Assembly: GCA_050174575.1 (NCBI GenBank) | Contig: JBFXJT010000007.1 | Location: 6,648-70,647, forward strand | Reading direction: 5' to 3' | Origin: Bacilli bacterium | Lineage (GTDB): Bacteria; Bacillota_I; Bacilli_A; ML615J-28; CAG-698 | DNA length: 64,000 nucleotides | In this document: positions 45,358-53,625 of the stretch, in pieces | Numbering within the stretch: the stretch's first letter is position 1 | How the letters are laid out: each line of letters starts with the position of its first letter | The notes under the pieces: generated by a model | Seen by the model: the letters and a program-made list of their open reading frames with translations, nothing else | What the model was told of the DNA's origin: nothing | Database searches by the model: none | Translations under genes and position numbers: made by a program

Positions 45358-46074
45358 TCATATTTCCGAGCTTTTTTCAAGATTTTGTCCGTTTTTCCCT
45401 AGTTTTCCATCGGCCCAACTAAGGACCCAAACAATGCCCAAAAGAATAATTAAAAGTCCGATGGCATTGATAATTACCGAATTCCATCCCAATACATCAA
45501 CATCTAAGAATGGATAAGGATAATAAGTTGTCACTTCTTGGCCCATGTTTTGCAAAGGTTCTCCGACCTTTGCCCGAATCATTATAAAGATAAAGTAGGC
45601 AAACGGATAAGAAAGCCACAAAATGGCTTTCTTAAAAGAAACCTTTCCTTTTGCACAAAACAACATATAATCAGCAACAGTCAGTAACGGAACGATATAA
45701 TGAAGTAAAATATTACCAAAAGCAAATTTAATTCCTTCCCATTCATACCCTTCGGAAAAAGTATAATCATTTAATAAAGTTGCATAAACTAAAAAAGTAA
45801 CTAAAATGATAAAAACATTTCCTAGTTGAATGATAGGGGAAATTGTCGCGGGTTTACCTTTTTCACCATGGAAAGTAAATAATCTTATGTCTTTCAAAAG
45901 TAAAACGAAACTAATTAAAATCGTAATAATATTACTTTGAATAGTATAAAAAACAAACATTTCCATCGGAAAAGAAACCTTTTCGCTCATAATAACTAAA
46001 TTGATACCTAACAATCCAAAAGCAATAATTGCTAAACGCATAAATAATGAATACATTCTGTTTTCGATAAGCAT
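45358..46074 (-). CDS. polytopic membrane protein (Pr6Pr/FAR-17a-like?)
   Basis: 238 aa with about 6 TM helices. The YTIQSN motif is reminiscent of the Pr6Pr family. Low certainty. Confidence 0.45.
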   Translation of the reverse strand: MLIENRMYSLFMRLAIIAFGLLGINLVIMSEKVSFPMEMFVFYTIQSNIITILISFVLLLKDIRLFTFHGEKGKPATISPIIQLGNVFIILVTFLVYATLLNDYTFSEGYEWEGIKFAFGNILLHYIVPLLTVADYMLFCAKGKVSFKKAILWLSYPFAYFIFIMIRAKVGEPLQNMGQEVTTYYPYPFLDVDVLGWNSVIINAIGLLIILLGIVWVLSWADGKLGKNGQNLEKSSEI

Positions 46075-46129
46075 ATAGGGTTCCTCTTAACCATTATTAT
46101 ATCAAAAGCCCCAACATAACTCAACAATG

Positions 46130-46151
46130 AAAAAAGCCCCCAAACGGGGGC
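46130..46151 (-). terminator. strong intrinsic terminator after the dehydrogenase gene
   Basis: Minus strand reads GCCCCC-GTTT-GGGGGC followed by TTTTTT. Confidence 0.85.
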
Positions 46152-46188
46152 AATATTAATTGTTATTTCCTTAATGACAAACCATTAA

Positions 46189-47268
46189 TTATAAATGTTT
46201 TTCTTTAGGGATAAAATTGCTTCGAATCTTACCAATCAAGGCGATTCTTTCTTCAGCAAATTTATTAGCAGCCAGTTGCGTATTAATCTTATGCTTCTTC
46301 GAATAATCAAAAATGATTAATAAGCGATCATATATTTGTTTAATTACTTTCAAAGTACGTTCACGATTATAAGGAGGTGTAAATTCTTGGTAAACATTGA
46401 CTACGCCACCAGCATTGATCACGTAATCAGGAGCATACAAAATACCTCGATCCATTAACATATCACCGTGTTTCTTTTCATCTAGTAAAACATTATTAGC
46501 AGCACCAGCAATTATTTCACAATTCAATGTTGGGATTGTATCATCATTTAAAATTGCTCCAACAGAATTTGGTGAGAAAATATCACATTTTACGGCATAA
46601 ATATCTTCACATTTTACAGCTGTAGCCCCAAAATCTTTAACTGCTCGTTCAACACGGTCTTTCTTGATATCGGTAACAATCAGTTTTGCACCTTCTTGGT
46701 ACAAGTATTCACAAAGAGTATAGCCAACGGCTCCTAATCCTTGGACTGCTACAACTTTTTCTAGTAAACTATCATTTCCCCATTTTTCTTTTGCACAAGC
46801 TTTAATTCCCCAATAAACTCCATAGGCTGTTACAGGTGATGGATTACCCGACATGTCAGCACGTCCGTTGACATAGTTTGTTTCCATCATTAGATAATCA
46901 ACATCATATTCGTTAATATTCATATCTTCGCCGGTGAAAAAGCGTCCGCCTAAAGATTGAACATAACGACCGTAAGCTCGCAAATAAGCCTCCGTCTTTA
47001 CTTTTTGTGGATCACCAATCAAGACTGTTTTTCCACCACCGCAATTTACACCGGATGCAGAGCACTTATAAGTCATTCCTCTTGAAAGACGAACAACATC
47101 AAATAATGCATCATCTTCGCTCTCGTATTTAAAAAGACGAGTTCCCCCAATGGCTGGGCCTAAAACGGTGTCGTGGATAGCAGTGATTCCTTTTAATCCT
47201 GTTGCTTTGTCATAAAAATAGATAATTTGTTCGTGTCCATACTTTTCCATGTAATCAAAAACTTTCAT
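46189..47268 (-). CDS. leucine (Glu/Leu/Phe/Val family) dehydrogenase
   Basis: 359 aa. Active-site Lys motif NCGGGKTVLIGDP and Rossmann motif VQGLGAVG. Confidence 0.85.
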   Translation of the reverse strand: MKVFDYMEKYGHEQIIYFYDKATGLKGITAIHDTVLGPAIGGTRLFKYESEDDALFDVVRLSRGMTYKCSASGVNCGGGKTVLIGDPQKVKTEAYLRAYGRYVQSLGGRFFTGEDMNINEYDVDYLMMETNYVNGRADMSGNPSPVTAYGVYWGIKACAKEKWGNDSLLEKVVAVQGLGAVGYTLCEYLYQEGAKLIVTDIKKDRVERAVKDFGATAVKCEDIYAVKCDIFSPNSVGAILNDDTIPTLNCEIIAGAANNVLLDEKKHGDMLMDRGILYAPDYVINAGGVVNVYQEFTPPYNRERTLKVIKQIYDRLLIIFDYSKKHKINTQLAANKFAEERIALIGKIRSNFIPKEKHL

Positions 47269-47284
47269 GCAAATCCTCCTTTTG

Positions 47285-48358
47285 TTAATAAGTTTTCGGT
47301 TGTTCTTCTTTGTTTAAGACTCGTAAGGCTCCTAATGCAAGTGATAACATTTCGTTTTCACCGGGATATACGAGTACTTCTCCAAGAAACTTAATTCTTT
47401 CGATTAAGTGCGTGACTAGATATGGTTCATATGCTAGTCCTCCAGTTAATACAATAAAGTCAAAATTGCCTTTGAAAACAGTCGCACATGCTCCTATTTC
47501 TTTCGCAATTTGATAAATCATGGCATCATAAATAAGCTTTGCATACTCATCATGCTGCTCAATCCGTTTTACAACCTCTTTTGCATCATTCGTTCCTAAA
47601 TAAGCTACTAACCCTCCTTTTCCATAATTCATTCGTTTGATGTCTTCAAGAGAATATTTACCAGAAAAACATAAATTATATAAAGGGCCTAAAGGAACAG
47701 TTCCGCTTCGCTCAGGAGACATTGGACCATCCCCATCTAAGGCGTCATTCACATCAATGACTCGACCTTTTTGGTGAGCAGCAACACTAATTCCTCCACC
47801 CAAATGGACAATAATCATATTCAAGTCTTCATATGATCTTCCCTTATCTTTAGCTACTTGCCGACCAATTGCTTTATGATTTAAAGCGTGAAAAATGCAT
47901 TGGCGTTCAATTATTGGCATCCCAGATATCCGAGCAATGGGAGCCATTTCATCGACAGCAACAGGATCAACGATAAAAGCCGGGATCTTGTACTGTTCGC
48001 CAATTTCAAAAGCAATTAAAGCTCCTAAGTTGGAGGCGTGTTCACCACGTCTTGCTTCTTTTAAAAAAGTTATCATTGCTTCGTTGACCAAATATGTTCC
48101 GCTTTCAAGCGGTGCAAGCATCCCTCCACGGCCACAAACGGCCGTTAATGTTTTTAAATCAAATCCATGAACTTCTAAGTTATCAAGAATTACTTTTTTC
48201 CGAAATTGGAATTGGGAAGCAACATTTGGAAAAGACTGGATGACATCGGTCGGATGACTTATCTTTACTTCAAGAATACTTTGGTCGTTTTTAAATACAG
48301 CGATTTTTGTTGATGTTGAACCAGGATTAATTATGAGAATAAAATTCTCCAAGGACAT
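47285..48358 (-). CDS. buk: butyrate (branched-chain fatty acid) kinase
   Basis: 357 aa. ILIINPGSTSTKIAVF, ...VHLGGGISVAA..., ...LTGGLAY... Confidence 0.9.
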   Translation of the reverse strand: MSLENFILIINPGSTSTKIAVFKNDQSILEVKISHPTDVIQSFPNVASQFQFRKKVILDNLEVHGFDLKTLTAVCGRGGMLAPLESGTYLVNEAMITFLKEARRGEHASNLGALIAFEIGEQYKIPAFIVDPVAVDEMAPIARISGMPIIERQCIFHALNHKAIGRQVAKDKGRSYEDLNMIIVHLGGGISVAAHQKGRVIDVNDALDGDGPMSPERSGTVPLGPLYNLCFSGKYSLEDIKRMNYGKGGLVAYLGTNDAKEVVKRIEQHDEYAKLIYDAMIYQIAKEIGACATVFKGNFDFIVLTGGLAYEPYLVTHLIERIKFLGEVLVYPGENEMLSLALGALRVLNKEEQPKTY

Positions 48359-48401
48359 CCCTCCTTTTTAGATTATAATAAAAGAAACCGCTTCCATAGA
48401 T

Positions 48402-48430
48402 ATTATACTTGAAGAATGCGAAATTCTCAA
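48402..48430 (-). promoter_or_regulatory. promoter of buk-dehydrogenase operon
   Basis: On the minus strand: TTGAGA (48425-48430), 17 nt, TATAAT (48402-48407). Confidence 0.5.
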
Positions 48431-48449
48431 TGAATATTTGCAGATAATT

Positions 48450-48483
48450 AAAAAAGGATTTGTTTCCTAAATCCTTTTTTTAA
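48450..48483 (-). terminator. intrinsic terminator after the amidohydrolase gene
   Basis: Minus strand reads AAAGGATTT-AGGAAAC-AAATCCTTT, flanked by T/A runs. Confidence 0.6.
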
Positions 48484-48491
48484 TTAATCTA

Positions 48492-49664
48492 TTAAGCTTG
48501 AAAAACAATCGCACCATTGACAAAAACATGGGTTGGTGTTGATAGATAATGAAGCGGGTGGCCCGACCAAACAACGATATCGGCATCTTTTCCAACCTCA
48601 ATACTGCCAACGCGATTGGAGATGCCAATAATCTTGGCAGCATCAATTGTGACAGCTTTGAAAGCATCTAACTCACTTAATCCATTTCGGACAAACAACC
48701 CAACCTGAGTCAAAGTGTTGGAACAATGGATAACGGGATGATCCGTCATAATCGCAAATTCGATTCCATGTTCTTTTAAAACTTGCGCCGATTTAAACGA
48801 TTTATTACGCAATTCATATTTAGACTTGGAACCTAAAGTTGGGCCAATAATAACTCTTTGATGATGTTTTTTTAAATAATCAACAATAAGATAACCTTCA
48901 GTGGCATGTTCAATGGTTGCGTTTAAACCAAATTCTTCAATAATGCGAATGGCAGTTACGATATCATCTTGTTGGTGAGCGTGGATTTTAACCATGAAGC
49001 CATCAAAAACGCGGGATAAACTTTCCCATTTTAGATTGATTTCCGGTTTTGGAACATCTTTTCCTTCCGAAATATCTTTTAAATATTTGTCTTTTTTAGC
49101 TTTATATTCTTTGGCTTTCATTAAAGCTTCACGCATAATGGCTGCTGAAGCCATTCTTGTAGTCGGACTTTGATTTTTGGAATTAAAAGCTCTTTTCGGA
49201 TTTTCTCCTAAAGCCATTTTAATAGCCGATTCAGGAACAACTACCATATCGTCAATTGTTTTCCCAAATGTTTTGATAATGCAAAAAACACCGCCAATAA
49301 CATCGGCACTACCCGGCCCCGTCGCAACAGTTGTGACGCCTGCTTCTAGAGCATCTTTAAAAGCAACATCTTGCGGCTTAATTGAATCGATTGCTCGAAG
49401 TTCGGGAAAAACAGGAGCTGTCGCTTCATTAAAATCTGCACCTTCAAATCCAATCGCTTCTTCATACAAACCTATATGGCAATGGGGATCAACAAGACCC
49501 GGAGTGACATAAGCACCCTTCACATCAATGACTTCCGCATTCGGATAATCCTTTTTTGCAATTTTCCCAACAGCTCTAATCGTGCCATTGTCTAATAATA
49601 AATCGCAAACTTCATAATTGATGTCTGCCATACTGATTAAATTAGCATTTTTTAATAAATACAT
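48492..49664 (-). CDS. metal-dependent amidohydrolase family protein
   Basis: 390 aa. HxH metal motif GLVDPHCHIG, ...IHAH..., and C-terminal GKDADIVVW typical of the amidohydrolase superfamily. Confidence 0.75.
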   Translation of the reverse strand: MYLLKNANLISMADINYEVCDLLLDNGTIRAVGKIAKKDYPNAEVIDVKGAYVTPGLVDPHCHIGLYEEAIGFEGADFNEATAPVFPELRAIDSIKPQDVAFKDALEAGVTTVATGPGSADVIGGVFCIIKTFGKTIDDMVVVPESAIKMALGENPKRAFNSKNQSPTTRMASAAIMREALMKAKEYKAKKDKYLKDISEGKDVPKPEINLKWESLSRVFDGFMVKIHAHQQDDIVTAIRIIEEFGLNATIEHATEGYLIVDYLKKHHQRVIIGPTLGSKSKYELRNKSFKSAQVLKEHGIEFAIMTDHPVIHCSNTLTQVGLFVRNGLSELDAFKAVTIDAAKIIGISNRVGSIEVGKDADIVVWSGHPLHYLSTPTHVFVNGAIVFQA

Positions 49665-49691
49665 AAATCCTCCTCTAAATTAAGTTAATTA

Positions 49692-49720
49692 AGTATACTA
49701 AAGATTGATTATAATTGCAA
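49692..49720 (-). promoter_or_regulatory. promoter of the amidohydrolase gene
   Basis: On the minus strand: TTGCAA (49715-49720), 17 nt, TATACT (49692-49697). Confidence 0.5.
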
Positions 49721-49728
49721 ACTTATAA

Positions 49729-49753
49729 GAAAAAATGCCTATTTAAAGGCATT
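49729..49753 (-). terminator. intrinsic terminator ending the uvdE-B12-ABC operon
   Basis: Minus strand reads AATGCCT-TTAAAT-AGGCATT followed by TTTTCTT. Confidence 0.7.
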
Positions 49754-49756
49754 TAA

Positions 49757-50452
49757 TTAAATCGGACGATTTGTTAGGTCTAAGTTAATTCGTCCATCTT
49801 TTATTTCAATAATACGGTCGGCTTTTTCAGCAATCTTTCGGTCATGAGTAATAATGATAAAAGTAGTTCGGTATTTTTGGTTGATTTGGCGAAGTAGATC
49901 ATACACCTGCTCCGTCGTATCACTGTCAAGATTCCCTGTAGGCTCATCCGCTAAAATAATTTTGGGATTGTTAATTAAGCTTCTAGCAATGGCAACACGT
50001 TGTTGTTGACCACCACTAATGTTGGTTGCTAAGCTGTTTTTAACTTTATTTAACCCAACAAAATCAAGAAGTTCATTTGCACGATCAATAATTTCATCAC
50101 TAATCGGTTTTTTGGAAATGCGGAAAGGCATTAAAACATTTTCTAGCACAGTAAATTCCGGAAGCAAATAATGAAACTGAAAAATAAAACCAATGTCTTC
50201 ATTCCGTAATGTTGATAATTCCGGATTTTTCATTGTTTTTGTATTCTTCCCATTAATAATAATATCGCCATCGGTCGGACGGTCTAAAGTCCCTAAAATA
50301 TTTAATAAGGTCGACTTACCACTACCTGACTGCCCGATGATGGAATTAAATGACCCTTCTTCAAAAGCTAAATCAATTCCAAAAAGCACTTGTGTTTTTA
50401 TCTTTGAGCCATAAAATTTAGTTATGTTTTTTAGTTCCATAATCTTAGCCAT
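49757..50452 (-). CDS. ABC transporter ATP-binding protein (MacB/LolD/FtsE-like)
   Basis: 231 aa. Walker A GQSGSGKST, signature ISGGQQQRVAIAR, Walker B ILADEPTGNLD. Overlaps the permease gene by 8 nt. Confidence 0.9.
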   Translation of the reverse strand: MAKIMELKNITKFYGSKIKTQVLFGIDLAFEEGSFNSIIGQSGSGKSTLLNILGTLDRPTDGDIIINGKNTKTMKNPELSTLRNEDIGFIFQFHYLLPEFTVLENVLMPFRISKKPISDEIIDRANELLDFVGLNKVKNSLATNISGGQQQRVAIARSLINNPKIILADEPTGNLDSDTTEQVYDLLRQINQKYRTTFIIITHDRKIAEKADRIIEIKDGRINLDLTNRPI

Positions 50453-51614
50453 TGCGAATCACCTCAATAACACTTAATTTTGACGATTTTCGAGCAGGAA
50501 TGATGGATGCTCCAAGAGCTGCTAAAACAGCGATTGCGGCGGAAACAGCGATAAACTGTCCATCAATATATAGCGGAACAACTGGCGTACCATCTGGTTT
50601 TAAAGCAAAAGTTACAAAAGAATACGATAAACCAAGTCCTAGCATAACCCCAAATATCGCTCCAAGAAGTCCTAAAATTAGCCCTTCAAACAAGAAAATG
50701 AAACTAGCATCACCATTTTGGATACCCATAGCTTTTAAAATGCCAATTTGTTTCGACTTTTGTAAAACGATGATTGCTAAAACACTGGCAATTCCTAGGA
50801 CGACGGAAATCATAACAAATACTTGAATCATCGTGCTAGAAATACTTTGTCCTTGCAATCCGCTCAATAACTCCTGATTGTTATCAATCCAATTAGTTAA
50901 TTTTAAATTGTCGGGAACACTTGGGGCAATTGCTTCTGCAATACTAACGGCATCAAAAATTCTGTCATCATCTATTTGCATTTCAATGGCATTGACTTGA
51001 TTGGGAACATTAAGCAATGTTTGCACCATGGTTAATGAAGTCATTCCCCAACCGGCATTAACTGCCGCAACTCCAAAATCAAAGAAGCCCACTACTTTAA
51101 CGTTTTGGCTGTCCACCTGAGGAATATCAACCATAATTTGCTCTTCTAAAGAGATGTTTAATAACCCTTTAAGGTCTTTCCCTAAAATAATTTCATCATC
51201 GCTTGATGGCATTCTTCCTTCAATCAGCTTTTCATTAAAACGATATATCGTATTAGGAAGAAGATAATTATTACTACTGTCAAAACCTCTTAATAATAAA
51301 GGAGCTGTATTTGTTCCGTTGATGGCAAATCCATTAATGCTAAGAGCTGGAGACACGGCTTTAATGCCATCAGCATTTTCAATATCAGCAATAATTTGAT
51401 CATATTGAGTAATATATTCCGTTACTGGTGCCGAAATGGTGATTTGGGATGAATTACCAATGGTCTTATCAACTAAACTTTTTTGTAATCCTGAAATCAA
51501 AGATCCAATAAAGACTTGAACGGAAACACCAACGGCAATACCCAGAATAATAAACAAGGTTTGTAGCTTACCGGATTTCAAAAAGCGAACTGCGATACTA
51601 AATGCTAACTTCAT
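50445..51614 (-). CDS. FtsX/MacB-type ABC permease with large extracytoplasmic domain
   Basis: 389 aa. TM1, an approx 230-aa external domain, then three C-terminal TM helices (FtsX fold), with ...LKAMGIQNGD.... Confidence 0.85.
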   Translation of the reverse strand: MKLAFSIAVRFLKSGKLQTLFIILGIAVGVSVQVFIGSLISGLQKSLVDKTIGNSSQITISAPVTEYITQYDQIIADIENADGIKAVSPALSINGFAINGTNTAPLLLRGFDSSNNYLLPNTIYRFNEKLIEGRMPSSDDEIILGKDLKGLLNISLEEQIMVDIPQVDSQNVKVVGFFDFGVAAVNAGWGMTSLTMVQTLLNVPNQVNAIEMQIDDDRIFDAVSIAEAIAPSVPDNLKLTNWIDNNQELLSGLQGQSISSTMIQVFVMISVVLGIASVLAIIVLQKSKQIGILKAMGIQNGDASFIFLFEGLILGLLGAIFGVMLGLGLSYSFVTFALKPDGTPVVPLYIDGQFIAVSAAIAVLAALGASIIPARKSSKLSVIEVIRNG

Positions 51615-52255
51615 TTGACATCTCCTTTCGCAAGTTCAAAAACACTGCTCGGAGATGATAAATAAAAATCGTGATCAACTTGCTCTAAAGCATCCTTTTG
51701 GGAAAAAGCTTGGCCCCCAACAATGATTTTCACATTAGGAAATTGTTCCCTTATGGTCTTGGTGATTTGTTTTGTGACAACTAAATTGTAATAATTGGTA
51801 ACACTTATAGCTACATAATCAGGTTGAAAAACACTTACCGCCGAAATAACGTCATGTTTTGGGGTGTTCGCACCAATATATTGGCTTTGATAACCCGCTA
51901 ATGCAAAGTAATTGGCTGCCATAATGGCTCCGATTTCATGAAATTCTTCCGATGGTGTGAAAACAACAATTTTCTTGTTGATTGCTGGTCGCTCTTGTTT
52001 TCTTTGAATAATTTGAGAATAAGTGGCTTCTAAAATAGTGCGAATAATCGATGTTCTTGTGTGCTCTTTCCAAATACACACTTTTTGGTCCGGTTCTTGG
52101 CAATGGAAGTTCCATAGCGTTGGTCCTAGAATGTTTTCATAAAGTTGCTCAATAGTAACTTTTTGATCATTCAGTAAACTAAGAACAAACATTAATGCTT
52201 GATCTTTGTCTTCTTTGTCTAAGAATGCGAGTAGTTGTTCGTAATACTGATTCAT
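51611..52255 (-). CDS. stand-alone cobalamin (B12)-binding domain protein (helical cap + Rossmann, CarH/LitR-sensor-like, no DNA-binding domain)
   Basis: 214 aa. N-terminal helical bundle with ...IWKEH.... Base-off His motif SEEFHEIGAIMAANYFALAGY, VAISVT and KIIVGGQAF. The stop overlaps the permease ATG (ATGA at 51611-51614). Confidence 0.8.
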   Translation of the reverse strand: MNQYYEQLLAFLDKEDKDQALMFVLSLLNDQKVTIEQLYENILGPTLWNFHCQEPDQKVCIWKEHTRTSIIRTILEATYSQIIQRKQERPAINKKIVVFTPSEEFHEIGAIMAANYFALAGYQSQYIGANTPKHDVISAVSVFQPDYVAISVTNYYNLVVTKQITKTIREQFPNVKIIVGGQAFSQKDALEQVDHDFYLSSPSSVFELAKGDVK

Positions 52256-52270
52256 TTTTCCTCCTCTAAA

Positions 52271-53521
52271 TTAAAATGCGAAAAAGTATGATTGTAATAA
52301 ATAGTCAATATTTTCTTCAAGTGCCAAATTAAATAAATAGTTTTTGAAGGCATTTAATGATAAAGAGCCTTCTCTAAACCTTTCTAGACGCTTTTGAAAA
52401 ACAATTTTTTCATGTTCTCGGTGTTTGAAGTATCCCCAAATATGCATAATGGCATTTTCTTCATGACCTCTTTTTGGTTCTTGATTGATTGCAAAATCAA
52501 CTAAGCGATAAAAATTAAGAGGCAGGGGGTTTTGTTTATCTTTTAATAATTGACGAATTTGCAGGTAAAGTTTAGGAGACATTTCAAGCACTTTATATTT
52601 GTATTTTTCCCAAGATTTTTCTAAATCTCTCATTTTGAGATGATCGTTTAAACAATGAGTAATTTTTATTGCGGAAATATTTTTGTCTTTCACTTCTAAC
52701 ATTACATCTAAATCGTCCCGTTTGAGTTCTTTAAACCAAGCTATAAAAGTATCTGGGTTGATAATAAATGAGTGCGACCCTGCTTTTTTAATAGGATCTT
52801 GTTCAGAATAATGGATTTTTTGATTGCCATCTTGTGATTTCCATGTATATTTGCATAAGTTAATCCATTCTTGATCAGTTAAGTATTTTTTGGGTGGATT
52901 TAAAAAGTGATGAAGATTATCAAAAACAACGGGGATATTAATTTGTTCACTTATTTCTAAAACATCTTCGATATTATAACTTTTGTCATCATTTTCAATA
53001 ATCAGTCTTTGTTTTACAGACTGTGGAAGTAATAGAAAATTTTGTACAAATCGTTTTTTTGCTTCTTCTTTATTTCCGTATATTCCTCCAATGTGCAAAA
53101 CAATTTTTGAAGAACTGGCGGTTCCCAAACTGCTCAAAATTCTTTCATGATAGATTAAATCATCAAAAGCGCGATTAACCACTTCTTGACTTGGCGAATT
53201 TATCACCGTATATTGCCCTGGATGACAGGAAACGCGGATGTTGTGATTACGGATCTTTTCGCCGATTCGATTAAAATCATCTTTAAAAAGATCCCACCAT
53301 AAGAGAGAGTTGACACTGTTCGACCCAAAAGGGATTAAATCTGAACTAATCCGAAACAAATGAAGGTCATTTTTAATGTTATAGTCAATGATATTTTCGA
53401 ATGATGTCAAATTGTATTTAATTAATGTTATTAAGTTTTCTTTATTGGCATTGTTGATTCTACAAGTATGATAATCTGTATGTAAAACACCCAATGCTAA
53501 GCAAGCATATCCAATATTCAT
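52271..53521 (-). CDS. uvdE: UV damage endonuclease (UvdE/UvsE) fused to a C-terminal DUF1722-like domain
   Basis: Start moved to ATG 53521 (MNIGYACLALGV). The track start is a TTG inside the promoter -10. UvdE TIM-barrel motifs LFRISSDLIPFGS, RVSCHPGQYTV, VLHIGG, IENDDKSY and VFDNLHH. The C-terminal approx 110 aa (..SPKLYLQIRQLL..AIMHIWGYFKH..FREGSLSLNAF..) resemble DUF1722/YbgA. Confidence 0.8.
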   Translation of the reverse strand: MNIGYACLALGVLHTDYHTCRINNANKENLITLIKYNLTSFENIIDYNIKNDLHLFRISSDLIPFGSNSVNSLLWWDLFKDDFNRIGEKIRNHNIRVSCHPGQYTVINSPSQEVVNRAFDDLIYHERILSSLGTASSSKIVLHIGGIYGNKEEAKKRFVQNFLLLPQSVKQRLIIENDDKSYNIEDVLEISEQINIPVVFDNLHHFLNPPKKYLTDQEWINLCKYTWKSQDGNQKIHYSEQDPIKKAGSHSFIINPDTFIAWFKELKRDDLDVMLEVKDKNISAIKITHCLNDHLKMRDLEKSWEKYKYKVLEMSPKLYLQIRQLLKDKQNPLPLNFYRLVDFAINQEPKRGHEENAIMHIWGYFKHREHEKIVFQKRLERFREGSLSLNAFKNYLFNLALEENIDYLLQSYFFAF

Positions 53522-53577
53522 ATTTTTAAAAATAAAACACCCATTTTTCAATAGATGTTTATTCCTTCCATTATTCA

Positions 53578-53586
53578 ATTATAACA
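53578..53586 (-). promoter_or_regulatory. extended -10 promoter element upstream of uvdE
   Basis: The minus strand reads TGTTATAAT (TGn + TATAAT). The -35 (CTTGTG) is weak. Confidence 0.45.
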
Positions 53587-53625
53587 TTTTTATAAAAAAG
53601 CACAAGTTTAATGCAAAATGTTCTT

